A stretch of 64,000 nt of DNA, taken from positions 9,930,339 through 9,994,338 of the forward strand of contig CM119265.1 in NCBI GenBank assembly GCA_051294375.1. The letters are read 5' to 3'. This document shows, one piece after another, positions 39,980 to 52,996 of this stretch. Under the pieces are notes generated by a model, which saw only the letters and a program-made list of their open reading frames with translations, was not told where the DNA came from and searched no databases. This stretch comes from Paraspadella gotoi. Lineage: Eukaryota; Animalia; Chaetognatha. A program made the translations under genes and the position numbers. Position 1 is the first letter of the stretch, and every line of letters begins with the position of its first letter.

Positions 39980-40979
39980 GTGAACATTCTGAGACACCAT
40001 TCCTTTTACCTTAATCTTCCTTAGAACATTGATTTCACAATTCATGAAAATTTTCCAAATTACTTGTTTCACTATTTTTTATTTTTATATTTTATGAAGA
40101 ATTTACTTTTTAATCTATATCTTTAAATATATATATATGCTTTCTTAAAAAATTTTACTTATCATTATATCTAATAACTTCATTTGGGAATGGGAAGTCA
40201 GTTGTGTCTTCTGGAAATAGAGGGAGCATCTACACAACACAAGGTTAGATTACAATCTGTCCTAGTTTTCTAATAGATATCACACATCATTCCTGTTAGA
40301 AAGTCATTAATGAAAAATCATAATATCTAATAGGCTGAACAGAAAGGGGTGGGATGGATAATTTTGATGGGGGACCAAAGTTATATATGATTTTTTTTTA
40401 AAAAAACTAATAGGGATAAGACTACGAATGAGAATTGTATGTTCTGATAGGGATACATACTGGGGAAAGGTCTATAGGGGCACCTTATGTCAATGAATAT
40501 AATTTTAAAATACTTTAATGAAAATAAATTTTTTCTTTATCCTAATTTTAATTATTCTATTTTTGAATTTTTTTATCTATTATGTTTATACAATGGGAAG
40601 GTCATCAGTTGAGAACCTATACCCTTCATGGATTTCGGCTCTTTAATCCCAATATCCAGGTATAGGCGAGCCATCACCAAAGGTGATCCTTCATTGTTGT
40701 TTATCCTATCTTTTAAAGATATATTTTTAATGTTTATATTACACAGACCAAAGCCCTGGTATCACAGCATATAATTTTAGGAAAATTTATTAAGGTTTTG
40801 CAATAATTTGTACTTTGTAAATAATTTAAATAAGTTAAAAAATTAGTTAAATAATAAGTTAAATAATCAAGGGTATGTTAATGTAAAGTTACATAAAGTT
40901 AATTAGTACAATTTAAAAAAATAAGTTACATCAAAGAGTTAAATAAGTTAAATAAGTTAAATAAATAGTATTGTTGATG

Positions 40980-41015
<36 letters not shown>

Positions 41016-41049
41016 GTGGTTTAATTTTGTTATTATTTAATATTTTTAC

Positions 41050-41746
41050 TAGGAACTATCATGTATAGTCTTTTTTAAAAATAGATTAACATCAGTATTT
41101 TTTAGTATTTCCTTATAATTATTAAAAAATTTTATTCCCATTTTTCTTAAGTCCTTAAATATATAACCCTGACTTTGTAATTTTTTGCTTAAATTTATTG
41201 CTCCTCGATGAAAAATCTAAAATGTTGAACATATTCTGGCATATCTAATTAATTGGCTAATAAATACACCTAATGCTGCTTTTCTAGGAATACAACTGTC
41301 CATAAATGGGTAGTTAACTACCTCAAAAGAAAAGGAATCCTTTTTATCATAAACAGAAAGATTAAGATTTTTTTTTTGATTGATGTTAATGTCTAAATAA
41401 TCTACATTTGTATCTATACTATAGATTTATTGACAGTAAGTGCTGCTGGATATATTTATCAAGATGTGTTTTAAAATCCTATAAATCTGCCGAAAAAAGG
41501 TCATCAATATATCTTGAGCAATTTTTAAATTGTCTAGTGATTCCTAGATTATTTTTTGACATATTTTCCATATATGTTGATTCAAAATAAAATAACAACA
41601 TATTGGCAATAACTTGACCAGAATCTAGTCCAATTGGTATTCCTAATTTGTTTATATATTAAGGAGCCAATTTGACAAACACATTATCTAAAATAAAGTT
41701 GAGAAACAATATTTAAATCTTTCTCAGTAAAAGAAATATATGTGGC
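41050..41746 (-). mobile_element. Penelope-like element reverse transcriptase remnant (frameshifted)
   Basis: Across frameshifts: FILDNVFV..G..IYKQ, GIPIGLDSGQVIANMLLFYFE, RYIDDLF, VDYLDINI, LSVYDKKDSFSFEVVNYPFMDSCIP and GVFISQLIRYARICS, which are PLE RT core and thumb motifs. Confidence 0.88.
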
Positions 41747-42109
41747 GGTATATTCAACCGCCTCACGTCCACCATCCGTCAGCCAAATCAAATCCAAATC
41801 CAAATCCATATCCTTATTCTTAGTGTTTGAAAAATATGCTTATTATATTTACATTATATATAGTTTTATTTTCCCTAGAAAAAATTGTCCTGAATGAAAT
41901 TTTAGCTTACTTTTGATTTCATAATGAGAAGTGATGGATATAATGTTTTTTCTTTTTATGAAACAAAAAAAAAAACGGAGAAAATGCCGAGAAACAGAAA
42001 TGGGCGGAAAATCGCTGAATCTGCAAATAAGAAAAGTAAGAATACTTCATCCCTGTCAACCTGTCCACATCCGACCCCACCACAAGCTAACCACAATCCC
42101 CCCCTCCCC

Positions 42110-42144
<35 letters not shown>

Positions 42145-43094
42145 GAAACAGAGAGAGAAATTCTGGGAACCGAAATGTCTCTTCGCAAGAGAAATTTCCT
42201 TTGAAACAATTTGACATTTTCTTTACGTGACGAACGGAAAAAAGAAAAGAAGAAAAAAAAATACATTACGCTGACACGATTGGAGCGTCTGCTCGCGTAC
42301 AAAATATAATTTGTAAAACGGAAAATTCTTAAAAGTATACAAAACAAATACAAACAAATTTCAAGAAATATTTAAAATACTGACGTACTTTGACTGGAAA
42401 TAGGTGATCATTATTGACGTATCACTTGTCCGTTCCTTCTCGACCAATTGGAACGTTTCAAACTCAATCGCTTCCTCTCATTGGTCGAATAAGAAGACGC
42501 TTCCTCCGGTCATTAATCACTGAGGACCATTTTTCGCCTTACGATTCCTTTCATTCATTATTGATTCGTGGAATAATAAAAACGAGTAGACGATTTATCA
42601 TAATTCATTCGCTACGATTGGTTCGTAAATTATTCGACGATGCGCGCCTACTTTTTTTGACCAATCAGTGCTACATTTTCATGGGACGGAATCTGAATGG
42701 ACGAGGAAGGAATGCGAGGTCAACAATTTGATCAACATATATTTTTTGTACTTTTCAGTTCCTTGTTTGTTCTCTTGTTTTAACTTTGGGAAACTATTTT
42801 AGATGTGAACCAGAAACTAATGGCTAATTTAAAAGTGTTTAGGTTAAAAAAAAAAAAAGACAACAATAATCGCTGACAGGTCAGACCCAAAGACGACCTC
42901 AGTGCATTTTCCTCCCCCCGCCCGTAAGAAAAAAAAATTGAGATCGGAAATTCAAATCTGGAAACAAAAAGAAAAAAAGAATGAGAGAGGGCAAGAGAGC
43001 GCGTCTGGCAACTCGGAATCTTTAATGGCAAAATGTCAACGAGTCTTAAAAAAAAAACCGTGCGACGCCACTTCCGCTTACCACTTCCACCAAA

Positions 43095-43820
43095 AGGCTA
43101 AATCATCTCATTCCATCCATGTGCGTCCGGGTTCAATCCCCTGGGTCTTCCCGGTCTCTTCGCTTAAATGTGACGCGATGCCGGTATATATACACCTAAC
43201 AAGCATGTCATCCCACCCCCATGCCAGTTTGGTGAGATACTCCCGCGCCCCCGGGTATCACAGGCTTATCCTCCCGCTTGCCATAAGTGGTGAGCTTCCT
43301 ACTCTCGAAACACGCAACCGCTGACGCACAGTGCGCCCACGGCTTACGCTCGCTCTAGGCGTATGCATACTCACGCTTCCTATGCCGCCATACTTCTCTG
43401 GTATACGCTCCAGACTCGCTCGCTCGCTCCCCCGCTCGCTCTCACCTTATGGCAATGAGATTCAAAACCTTCTCCAGACATCTCCTCAGATTGAGGCCCC
43501 TGTGAGAAGTCTGGTGGGGGATCCTGTGCAGCAAGACTTAAAGCTGCCTCTACTGCTGTCATCCTCAGGATATGTCTGTTGTCGTGTGCTACCGGTCTCA
43601 ATGGCTGGCAGGCTAAATCATCTCATTCCATCCATTGCCCGTCGCCGGGATTCAATCCCTGGGTATCCCGGTTCTTGGCTTAAATTGCTGACGGGCATTC
43701 GGTTAAACATGGGGCGAGTGGACAGAGGCGGTCACTGCAGGGTCCCGCAAGCTCCATTGCCAGTTGTGACGCATTACCCGCGCCCCGGGTATCACGGGCT
43801 ATCCCTCCCGTTGCCATAAC
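43095..43820 (+). repeat. Two noisy direct copies of a SINE-like segment with a B-box (GGTTCAATCCC)
   Basis: GGCTAAATCATCTCATTCCATCCAT...TTCAATCCC...CCCGCGCCCC(C)GGGTATCAC...TTGCCATAA at ~43095-43287 and ~43610-43819. Confidence 0.55.
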
Positions 43821-43851
43821 CATCATTAAAAACGATTAACAGAAAACGGGT

Positions 43852-43882
<31 letters not shown>

Positions 43883-44521
43883 GTCTATCATAGATGCTAA
43901 GTTTGACTCGAGCGGGAGCGGGGGAAATAGGCGTTTAAGGAGTAAACTGCGCCAGAAAAATTTCCGTCTTTTTTTTTTCGTTAACGACGTTGATTGCGAA
44001 GAAATGTTCTGCCGGGAGTTGAACTCGAGATTTCCGGGTCCCGCGACCTGCTGGGTTGGAGAGAAGGGTACCGAGGGTGGTTGAAGTGGGAAGCGGAAAT
44101 GGCGTCGCACCGTTTGGTGCGAAGTGGTAAAGCGGAAGTGGCGTGCAACAGTTTTGGTTGGAAGTGGTAAGCGGAAGTGGGCCGTCGCACGTTGTTGGTG
44201 GAAAGTGGTAAGCGGAAAGTGGCCCGTCGCACAGTTTTGGAGAAGTGGAAGGTGGATAGTTGGGTCGCACGCGTTTTGGTGGAAGTGGTTAAGCCAAAAA
44301 GTGCGCGTCGCACGGTTTTGGTTGGAAGTGGTAAGCGCGGACCGGTGGCCCGTCTCCGCCACGGTTTTGGTGGAATGGTAAGTTGGAAGTGGACGTTGCA
44401 CGGTTTTCNNNNNNNNNNNNNNNNNNNNNNNNNAAAAAAAAGACGGAATTTTTCTGGCTCAGTTTACTCTTAACCCTATTTCCCCCCGCTCCCCTGAGTC
44501 AAACTTAGCACTATGATAGAC

Positions 44522-44572
<51 letters not shown>

Positions 44573-44605
44573 CCGTTTTCTGTTAATCGTTTTTAATGAT
44601 GGTTT
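43820..44605. repeat. ~165-bp inverted arms flanking a ~37-bp tandem array (TTTTGGTGGAAGTGGTAAGCGGAAGTGGCGTCGCACGG)
   Basis: 43820-43980 is the reverse complement of 44434-44605. The array spans 44076-44408. One reversed unit lies at 43055-43095. A 25-N gap sits inside. Confidence 0.8.
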
Positions 44606-46245
44606 AATATAAATATAAACAAAATAGATAATAAAAAGTAATTTGGTTAATTTTGCGGAACATTAGGCGAAAAGTCGACGCCCGGCGTTTTTTTCCTAGG
44701 AGGAAGTGAAAAAAGAGAGAAAAGAGAGGAAAAGGGGTTGGTAAAAAAGGTGTGACTGTGAGAAAGGGAGTGTCAAAGTTAGCGCGGATCGCAAAGAGGA
44801 AAAGAAAAGAAAATCAGTTGTCACTGGTAATGCATACTTAGTTAGGGGAAGGAGTGCCAATTGCATTGCTGATCAGCAAAGGGAAAAATTAAGGGACAAG
44901 ATAGGAAAAAGGAGAGTCAATGTCAATACAAACTTCATTAGGAAGAAAGGAAATAAAAAGAGAAGGAGTGTCCCATGGCACTGTAGCTTAATGGGAGTGC
45001 CGACCGCAAAAGAAAGAGGGAAAGGCAAAGATAGTAAAAGGGAGTGTCAATGAAAAGGTAAACTTCGAAGAGAATCAGGTAAAAAGAGGTAAATGGAGGG
45101 TCTGAAGAATTGGGAATGAAAGCTTTAGTGAAAAGAGAGAAAAGAGGAGAAAAAGTCAAATGCAGGGAAAACCGCATTTAAAAGATGAAGAGATGGATGC
45201 GAAAATAGAAGAAAGGAAGGAAGGAAAAAAGAAAATAACAGGGAGTGTCATTGGCACAGTTTCAGAAAGGAGAAGGAAGAAGCTGAGTGTAACCTACATC
45301 GGGATGGATGACGGCCAAGTTTCTAGGGGAATCCCTGGCTTTTTCTTTTCTCGTCTGTGAAAGTCAAGGATTTTTTTTCGTGTCACCGGCGCGTGAGCAA
45401 GTGAAGTCGATCGACCGAAAAGGAATGAGGAATGAAGAAAATGGGTAAGGAAAATGATGAGTAATGAGTGAGAATATGACATGCGACGGTGAGATAATTC
45501 CTCCTTCCCTTTTAAAATATAAGAGGATAATAAAATAATATGAACCTGGAAGCTTTTAATCAAGACTCAATCACAGTCGATATCATTAATTCCTGTATCA
45601 TTAGTACCTGGCTTCACTTGATATCAAAGAAGTCGTCAAATGTTTCTATTTTACTCTAACAACACAACCTCACGTCCTTTTTTATAATGTGACGGAATTT
45701 TAATCCAAAGGTAAGGTGACGACGGGTAAGGTGTCATCCTCACCCGGGTTTTTTTTTTTTTNNNNNNNNNNNNNNNNNNNNNNNNNNNNNNNNNNNNNNN
45801 NNNNNNNNNNNNNNNNNNNNNNNNNNNNNNNNNNNNNNNNNNNNNNNNNNNNNNNNNNNNNNNNNNNNNNNNNNNNNNNNNNNNNNNNNNNNNNNNNNNN
45901 NNNNNNNNNNNNNNNNNNNNNNNNNNNNNNNNNNNNNNNNNNNNNNNNNNNNNNNNNNNNNNNNNNNNNNAATGCTCAAATGCTCAAATGCTCAAATGCT
46001 CAAATGCTCAGAAAGCGTCTAACATCGCGAGACTTCAAATTAAATCTAAATATTTTTAAAAACTAAATACAATTTACAAATTCACTTTTCTATTTCTTTT
46101 TCTCATTCTTCCTTCCTCTTTCCCTGACTTTTCTACATCTTTTTGCTAATCTAATCTAATCCAGTGTAGACCTCCTTTTCGTGCATCTGGATTTTGGCGG
46201 GAAACGAACAAAGATAAAAACCTCAAGATCACGATATCAGCGTAC

Positions 46246-46462
46246 CTTGTTTCGCCATGGTCGTTGTTGTTGTCGTTGTTGTCGCTGTTGTCGGTGTGGT
46301 TGTTATCCATGTGGTTGATGTTGCTCCTGTTCTTTAGTTTCTTCAGAGGTGCATTCAATTCTCGTTGGTTCAAATCCATGGCGTCGTCGGAAGCGGCGGC
46401 CGGTGCAGCGTCAACAGCGGCGGCCGGTGCAGCGTCGGCGACTGCGGCGTCCGCAGGAATTT
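46246..46462 (-). CDS. Candidate isolated coding exon (Ala-rich, then Asn/Asp-rich), unknown gene
   Basis: AG at the gap edge, open frame EIPADAAVADAAPAAAVDAAPAAASDDAMDLNQRELNAPLKKLK...DHGETR, donor AAG|GTACG. No partner exons established. Confidence 0.3.
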
Positions 46463-46465
46463 CTA

Positions 46466-47337
46466 NNNNNNNNNNNNNNNNNNNNNNNNNNNNNNNNNNN
46501 NNNNNNNNNNNNNNNNNNNNNNNNNNNNNNNNNNNNNNNNNNNNNNNNNNNNNNNNNNNNNNNNNNNNNNNNNNNNNNNNNNNNNNNNNNNNNNNNNNNN
46601 NNNNNNNNNNNNNNNNNNNNNNNNNNNNNNNNNNNNNNNNNNNNNNNNNNNNNNNNNNNNNNNNNNNNNNNNNNNNNNNNNNNNNNNNNNNNNNNNNNNN
46701 NNNNNNNNNNNNNNNNNNNNNNNNNNNNNNNNNNNNNNNNNNNNNNNNNNNNNNNNNNNNNNNNNNNNNNNNNNNNNNNNNNNNNNNNNNNNNNNNNNNN
46801 NNNNNNNNNNNNNNNNNNNNNNNNNNNNNNNNNNNNNNNNNNNNNNNNNNNNNNNNNNNNNNNNNNNNNNNNNNNNNNNNNNNNNNNNNNNNNNNNNNNN
46901 NNNNNNNNNNNNNNNNNNNNNNNNNNNNNNNNNNNNNNNNNNNNNNNNNNNNNNNNNNNNNNNNNNNNNNNNNNNNNNNNNNNNNNNNNNNNNNNNNNNN
47001 NNNNNNNNNNNNNNNNNNNNNNNNNNNNNNNNNNNNNNNNNNNNNNNNNNNNNNNNNNNNNNNNNNNNNNNNNNNNNNNNNNNNNNNNNNNNNNNNNNNN
47101 NNNNNNNNNNNNNNNNNNNNNNNNNNNNNNNNNNNNNNNNNNNNNNNNNNNNNNNNNNNNNNNNNNNNNNNNNNNNNNNNNNNNNNNNNNNNNNNNNNNN
47201 NNNNNNNNNNNNNNNNNNNNNNNNNNNNNNNNNNNNNNNNNNNNNNNNNNNNNNNNNNNNNNNNNNNNNNNNNNNNNNNNNNNNNNNNNNNNNNNNNNNN
47301 NNNNNNNNNNNNNNNNNNNNNNNNNNNNNNNNNNNNN
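46466..47337. other. Assembly gap (largest in window; others include 14918-15235, 16059-16302, 45762-45970 and several 25-N gaps)
   Basis: Runs of N. Confidence 0.99.
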
Positions 47338-48948
47338 TTTAAAACAGAAAAGGTACTTTTCCTTTAAAAAAAGAGTTACCCTGAGGAAATGCCTAAAATA
47401 TTTTCTGATTTTGGCTTTTTTTTCTTTTTTTTNNNNNNNNNNNNNNNNNNNNNNNNNACAAGAAAAGTACTATTTCCTTAAAAAAAGAGTTACCCCTGAG
47501 GAAATCCTAAAATATTTCTGATTTTTGGTTTTTTTTCTTTTTTTTCTTCAAGGTGACTTTTTCTTCCATTTTTCTTTTTTTTTATTTTCTTTTCGTTTTT
47601 TTCTTTCTTTTTTTTTAAATCGAACTGGAGCCGCTTGCCATCGGCGAGGCGGAAAGCCTCTACGGACGAAAGAAGGAAGAAAGAAAAAAGAAAGAAAGAA
47701 AAAAGAAGAAAGGAAAAAGGAAAGAAAGGAAAGAAGAAGAAAGAAAGAAGAAAGAAAGAAAGAAGAAAGGAAAGAAAGAAAAAAAAAAGAAAGAAAGAAA
47801 GAAAGAAAGACAGAAAGAAAGAAATACAGAAAGAAACAAAGAAAGAAAAAAAATTAGAAAATATTCAAAACTTAGAAGAAGGAAAGTAAACGAGAAAGAA
47901 AAAAGAAAGAAAAAGAAAGAAGACATGAAAGAAAGAAAGGAAAAAAGTAAAAAAAGAGCGACATATGCACCTGGTCTGGTTTCTCCTGAATTATGATGGA
48001 TTAAAGCCAAGAGAAGTGATTCGAGATTACGAGGAACCGACATCAAAACAGAAAAGGGAAAGTGAGGAAAGGAAAATAAAAAAGAAAAAAGGATGAGAGA
48101 GAAAAACATCTTAAAAGGAAAATTGAAAGAAAAATCCTGTTTTTTAGTCTCATAGGAAAATATCTGAAAAAAGGCTCACAGAAAAAATAAGATAAAAAGA
48201 AAAAAATGAAATGATTACAAAAAAAAAAGAAAGTAAAAGGCTTGAATATATAAAAAAAAAATCTAAATAAAAGAAATTTTAAAAAAAGTCGAAAAATGGG
48301 AACCGAAGAATAGATAAATATAAACGATGCAAATATGTAAATGAGATTGAGGCGAAGAAAAGGGATCGAAGCCAGAGAAGACGATTGGAGGGAAGAAAAA
48401 AGAATCTGGGAAAAAAAAGAAAAGGAGGAAAAAAAGGAGGAAGAGGAAAGAAGACTGTCAAAACCAGATCATTCCATGTCATTTGCATAAACAGGATTCG
48501 TCGTCTTTAGACTCTTTCCAGTTCTCTTTCGATTCTCTTCCTCTCTTTTCTCTGTTTTCCTTTCTTTTTTTTTCTTATCCTTTCCTTACTTCCTCTTCAT
48601 CTTCTCCTTTTCTTCTTTGCTTTTTTCCTTTCTTATTTATCTTTCTTTTCCATTCTTTCTCCTTTCCTCCCTCTCTTCTTCCTTCTTTTCCTTCCCTCCT
48701 TCTCTCCTCTTTTCTCTTCTTCCTCTCCCCCTTTCCATTCTTAATCTTTCCCTCCTTCTCTCTTCTTTCCTTCTCCCTCCTCCTTATCTTTCTTCTCATT
48801 ATTTCCTCCCTCTCTCCTCCTTTTCTCCATCTCTCCTTCTCTCCTCCTTTCCTCCTTCTCTCCTCCTTTCCTCCCTCCTCTTTTCCTCCTCCAATTCTCT
48901 CGACAGCCAAAGTTTTTTTTTCACTTCCGTTTATCATTAACGGTTAGG

Positions 48949-49001
<53 letters not shown>

Positions 49002-49275
49002 TTTTTTAAAAGGTTCCATCGGAAGGAAAGAACGAATCGAAGCGGAAGAGGTGAACGATTGGAAATGAACGATGAAGCGAACGAGGGGAACTGAACAAAG
49101 TGGAATACACGAAATGTCGAGGCGAGTCTCTCTTCGAAAGCGATTGAGGGGAAAAAGTTTTCTGATTGTAATAATGAAAAATGGAATACGGATGATAGAA
49201 ATTATCTTTTTTGAGAACTGTGCAAAAAAAAAAAAAAAGAATAAAAAGGAAGTTGGAGAGAGAGAGAGATAGACA

Positions 49276-49342
<67 letters not shown>

Positions 49343-49423
49343 AAAAAAATCGAATGATTTATGAAAATGGATTCTTCGGGAACGAACGATCGAAAGTCGA
49401 TGAAACCCGAAAAATTGTCTTTG

Positions 49424-49505
49424 GTCCACAGTATGGACCACAGTATCGACCACAGTATGGACCACTGTATGGACCATTATATGGATTACTGCCTGAACCA
49501 CAGTT
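49424..49505. repeat. 12-bp tandem repeat (GACCACAGTATG)
   Basis: About 7 decaying copies visible. Confidence 0.85.
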
Positions 49506-51229
49506 TAGAATATAGTGTCCACAGATTAACGTTCTTTCATCTCGTCGTCAAATTAGATGGAAAAAAGATTTGATTATAATTTTGAAACCTAGAATATAAT
49601 TTACAATTTTTTTTTAAAGTTATTCTTCATTTAATATGCATCACGAAAAAAATTATTTTTTAATATTTTAATTCCGTTTCGTGTTTGGAATAGATATCAG
49701 TTTGCTCATCCTTGGCTTGCAACTGCAGAGAAAGCAAATGAGTTTAGTTATGCGACGCCTGGCATTGCCTGGCATCGCCTGGTGTCGCCTCTGAGCCAAA
49801 TAAGGAAACCAAGGGACGTGGAATCGCGAGTGGAATTTCGTCAAGTGAAAAATGACGGAGAGCGAGAGACAGAGTGAGAGAGAGACAGAGTCAACGCTTC
49901 GTCTCCCACCGGAAAAGAGGTTTGGGTATAATTTTCACTTTCACTCACAACTGTGATCATTTCTCACAACTCTTTACACATTTTGTCAAGTTGAGAGAAC
50001 AATCCTCACCTCATTGGGCCTCAAATCTCATCCTCTTATATCCACTTGTTTTAAAATCAATACCTCTTTTATATGCTGTATTTTCTCTTAACACTTTAAA
50101 CGATGAAACCCGCGGTGAGAGAGAAGACCCTGGCGGTAGGGGGGCGTCTATCCTGACATCGCATTAGTTTTTTAATACTACTGATTGACTTTTTTTTTCT
50201 TTACAAACTCTGATTGATCTTTCGTAAGAGTGAAATCTCACTTGGTAAGTTTAATTCTTTGGCACTCTTCTACTCTTTTTTAGATTTTAAAACGACGGCG
50301 TTTCGTCTTTCCTCATCGGCTAAGGTTTTTTTTTCATTAAACACCTCGTCACTCCTTCCATTAACAAACTCGTTTCTTTCTTCATTAAGTTCGAATAAAA
50401 TTCGAATCGATCTAGAAAATGAAATGAAACTCGGAAAAAGAAATTTTTTTCTTTGGAATAAACGGGATAATTTTTATCAACTTAACACTTTTATTGGCTG
50501 TAATTCCTTTTATTACCTTGTTTTTTAACTAATTATATTCGCCCATACCTGGTAAAAATATTTATATTTCTCTTAGTTCCATTAATTCATTTTTATTTCT
50601 AATCTTCCCTTATTTTTTTCTAATATTTTCCCTTTTTTCATTTTTTTCACAATTTTTCTTTTAATCATGTTCCCCTTCTTCTAAGTCTCATTCGTAATTC
50701 CGAAATCTTTCTTAATTTCCTTTCAAGTCTTTAATCGTTTTTTGTTCCCAATCTTACATCATTTCCTACCCAGTCTTTATTCATTTCTTCCCTAGTCTTT
50801 GATCATTTCCTCTCCAAATCTATGCTCATTTTCTCCCCAGTGTTGCCTCATTCCACTGCTCTCCCAGTCTTTAATCATTTCTCGATCCATTTTCCGTCAT
50901 TCGATCGAATTTCCTTTCACGAAGGTTGACTTTGATAAGTGAAGGACATCGACGGACGAAATTCTTCGGCGAGAGAGAATGAGTGATGACTCAAAGCGAC
51001 AAAGATTCGACTTATTGGGTCTGAAATTCTGTTTCTCCCCCCTCCCCCCGTTTCCGTATTGGGCAAAACACAAAATTTCATGAAAACGTCAGATAAAATC
51101 TGTTTTCTGCTCCACCGAGAAAAAAAAATCGGTTTCAGAGAAAGACAATTTATGGTCAGAAAATGTTGTGGGGCAGATCTTGTCGTTTGACCCTTGACCT
51201 CGAAATGCAAAGAACATTTAGAGAGCATG

Positions 51230-51307
51230 AACATAACATAACATAACATAACATAACATAACATAACATAACATAACATAACATAACATAACATGAACAT
51301 AACATAA
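51230..51307. repeat. (ACATA)n microsatellite
   Basis: Directly visible. Confidence 0.95.
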
Positions 51308-52513
51308 GACAATGAAGATTTTTTTTGCTTTTTTTTTTTCAGGAAACGAGACGTATTTCCCTGCTTCCATTGAAAAATTGCCTATAATTATTGTCAAAGG
51401 GCTTTTCTTTTTCCTCGAAAATACACTTCCTAAACGAGCTACATTCACTTTTATTGAATCCCATAATTTTTTTCTCTGAGGTGCAAAACTTCGGTTGTTT
51501 TTTTTTGTTTTTTTTTCTGAGAATGAAACCGATTCTAATTCTTTTTGCAAAAAAAGATAATAATATTTTTTTGACGTTTTCTCGCTTCTTCTCGAACCGA
51601 GGACGAGTCGAGTCCAGAAAAAAGGAGAACCGGTAAGTTCAGGGTGTTGCGCATTGGTAAATATACATATATACATATTATATAATATATATATATAACT
51701 ATATATTATTTATAAATTAGTACGTAAAATAAAAGAGTATTAACTATCATATTGCTTAACTGAATTTCCTTGCAGTCATTAAATGATAAAATGATAAAAT
51801 ATAAGAACTAGCAGTATTAAACGATACCTTACCTTTCTGAAAAATCATATTTACTAATTATTAGATAAGTTAAAAAGCCTTGATTTTCTGGTTATAAATA
51901 TAATTATAATTTAATATAAGTAGAAAACTTATGTACCTATGTATAGTATACAAAACTATACATATTGTATATATCCGTCTATAAAATCAAGCGTCTTTTG
52001 TCAGTTTTTATGTCCATTTTATAAACTTTATAGAAACTTACCACATGGAAAAAAATTCGTATTTAAGAGTTTTTAATGAGCTTTTTTACAACAATTAAAG
52101 TTTAAATATATGATTCGCGAAGTTTAAATATACAATTCGAGAAATTAATCAGTTCTTCAGGGAAAAGTCTGGAAAGCTCAACAACACTAGCGGGAGAAGA
52201 AAACAATCACATATTAAGCAATAAGCATATTATGACACATAATCCTACTAAGTATTATGAAAGTTTTATAAATTTAAAAGTAAATAAGATAAACCGACTG
52301 ACCGACCGACCAACCAAAAAATGACTTATGGAGTTTCTCTGTGAAAAATCCCGACTCAACTAAAAAAAGGCTAAATTGCCCTCTTTTAAACTCTACTTTC
52401 CTTAACGAGAAAATTTATGGTTTCGATTTTTTCGGTGAGGGCGTTTCTCATAGAAGAAGGGGAGAACGGTTAAGAAGAGATTTTCTTTATCGCGGTCGCA
52501 GTTAAGACATCAG

Positions 52514-52556
<43 letters not shown>

Positions 52557-52723
52557 AGAGAGGAGAGAGAGAGAGGGAGAGAGGGGAGAGAGAGAGAGAG
52601 AGAGCAAATCACGCTCTAGACATTCGAATCTATTAAAAATTCCACGTGGTCGCCACGAACATTCAGTTTTAACAAGCGGGCAATTAGCGAATAAATTTGT
52701 GTCGGGAAATAGAGAGAGAGAGA

Positions 52724-52759
<36 letters not shown>

Positions 52760-52946
52760 AGAAAGGAGAGGGGGAGAAGAGGAGAGAGAGAGAGACCTCT
52801 AAAATGACCATTCGCCTTCGCCTGGACCGGTAGTTAAGGGGGAAACGAGGTTCGGGCGCCAGGCGATGGAAAAACGCGACAAAGAATAAACGTGAGTCAT
52901 AAATCTAGAGATGAGTCGAGGCGGATGAGGGGCCGATCAAAGGCAG

Positions 52947-52996
<50 letters not shown>

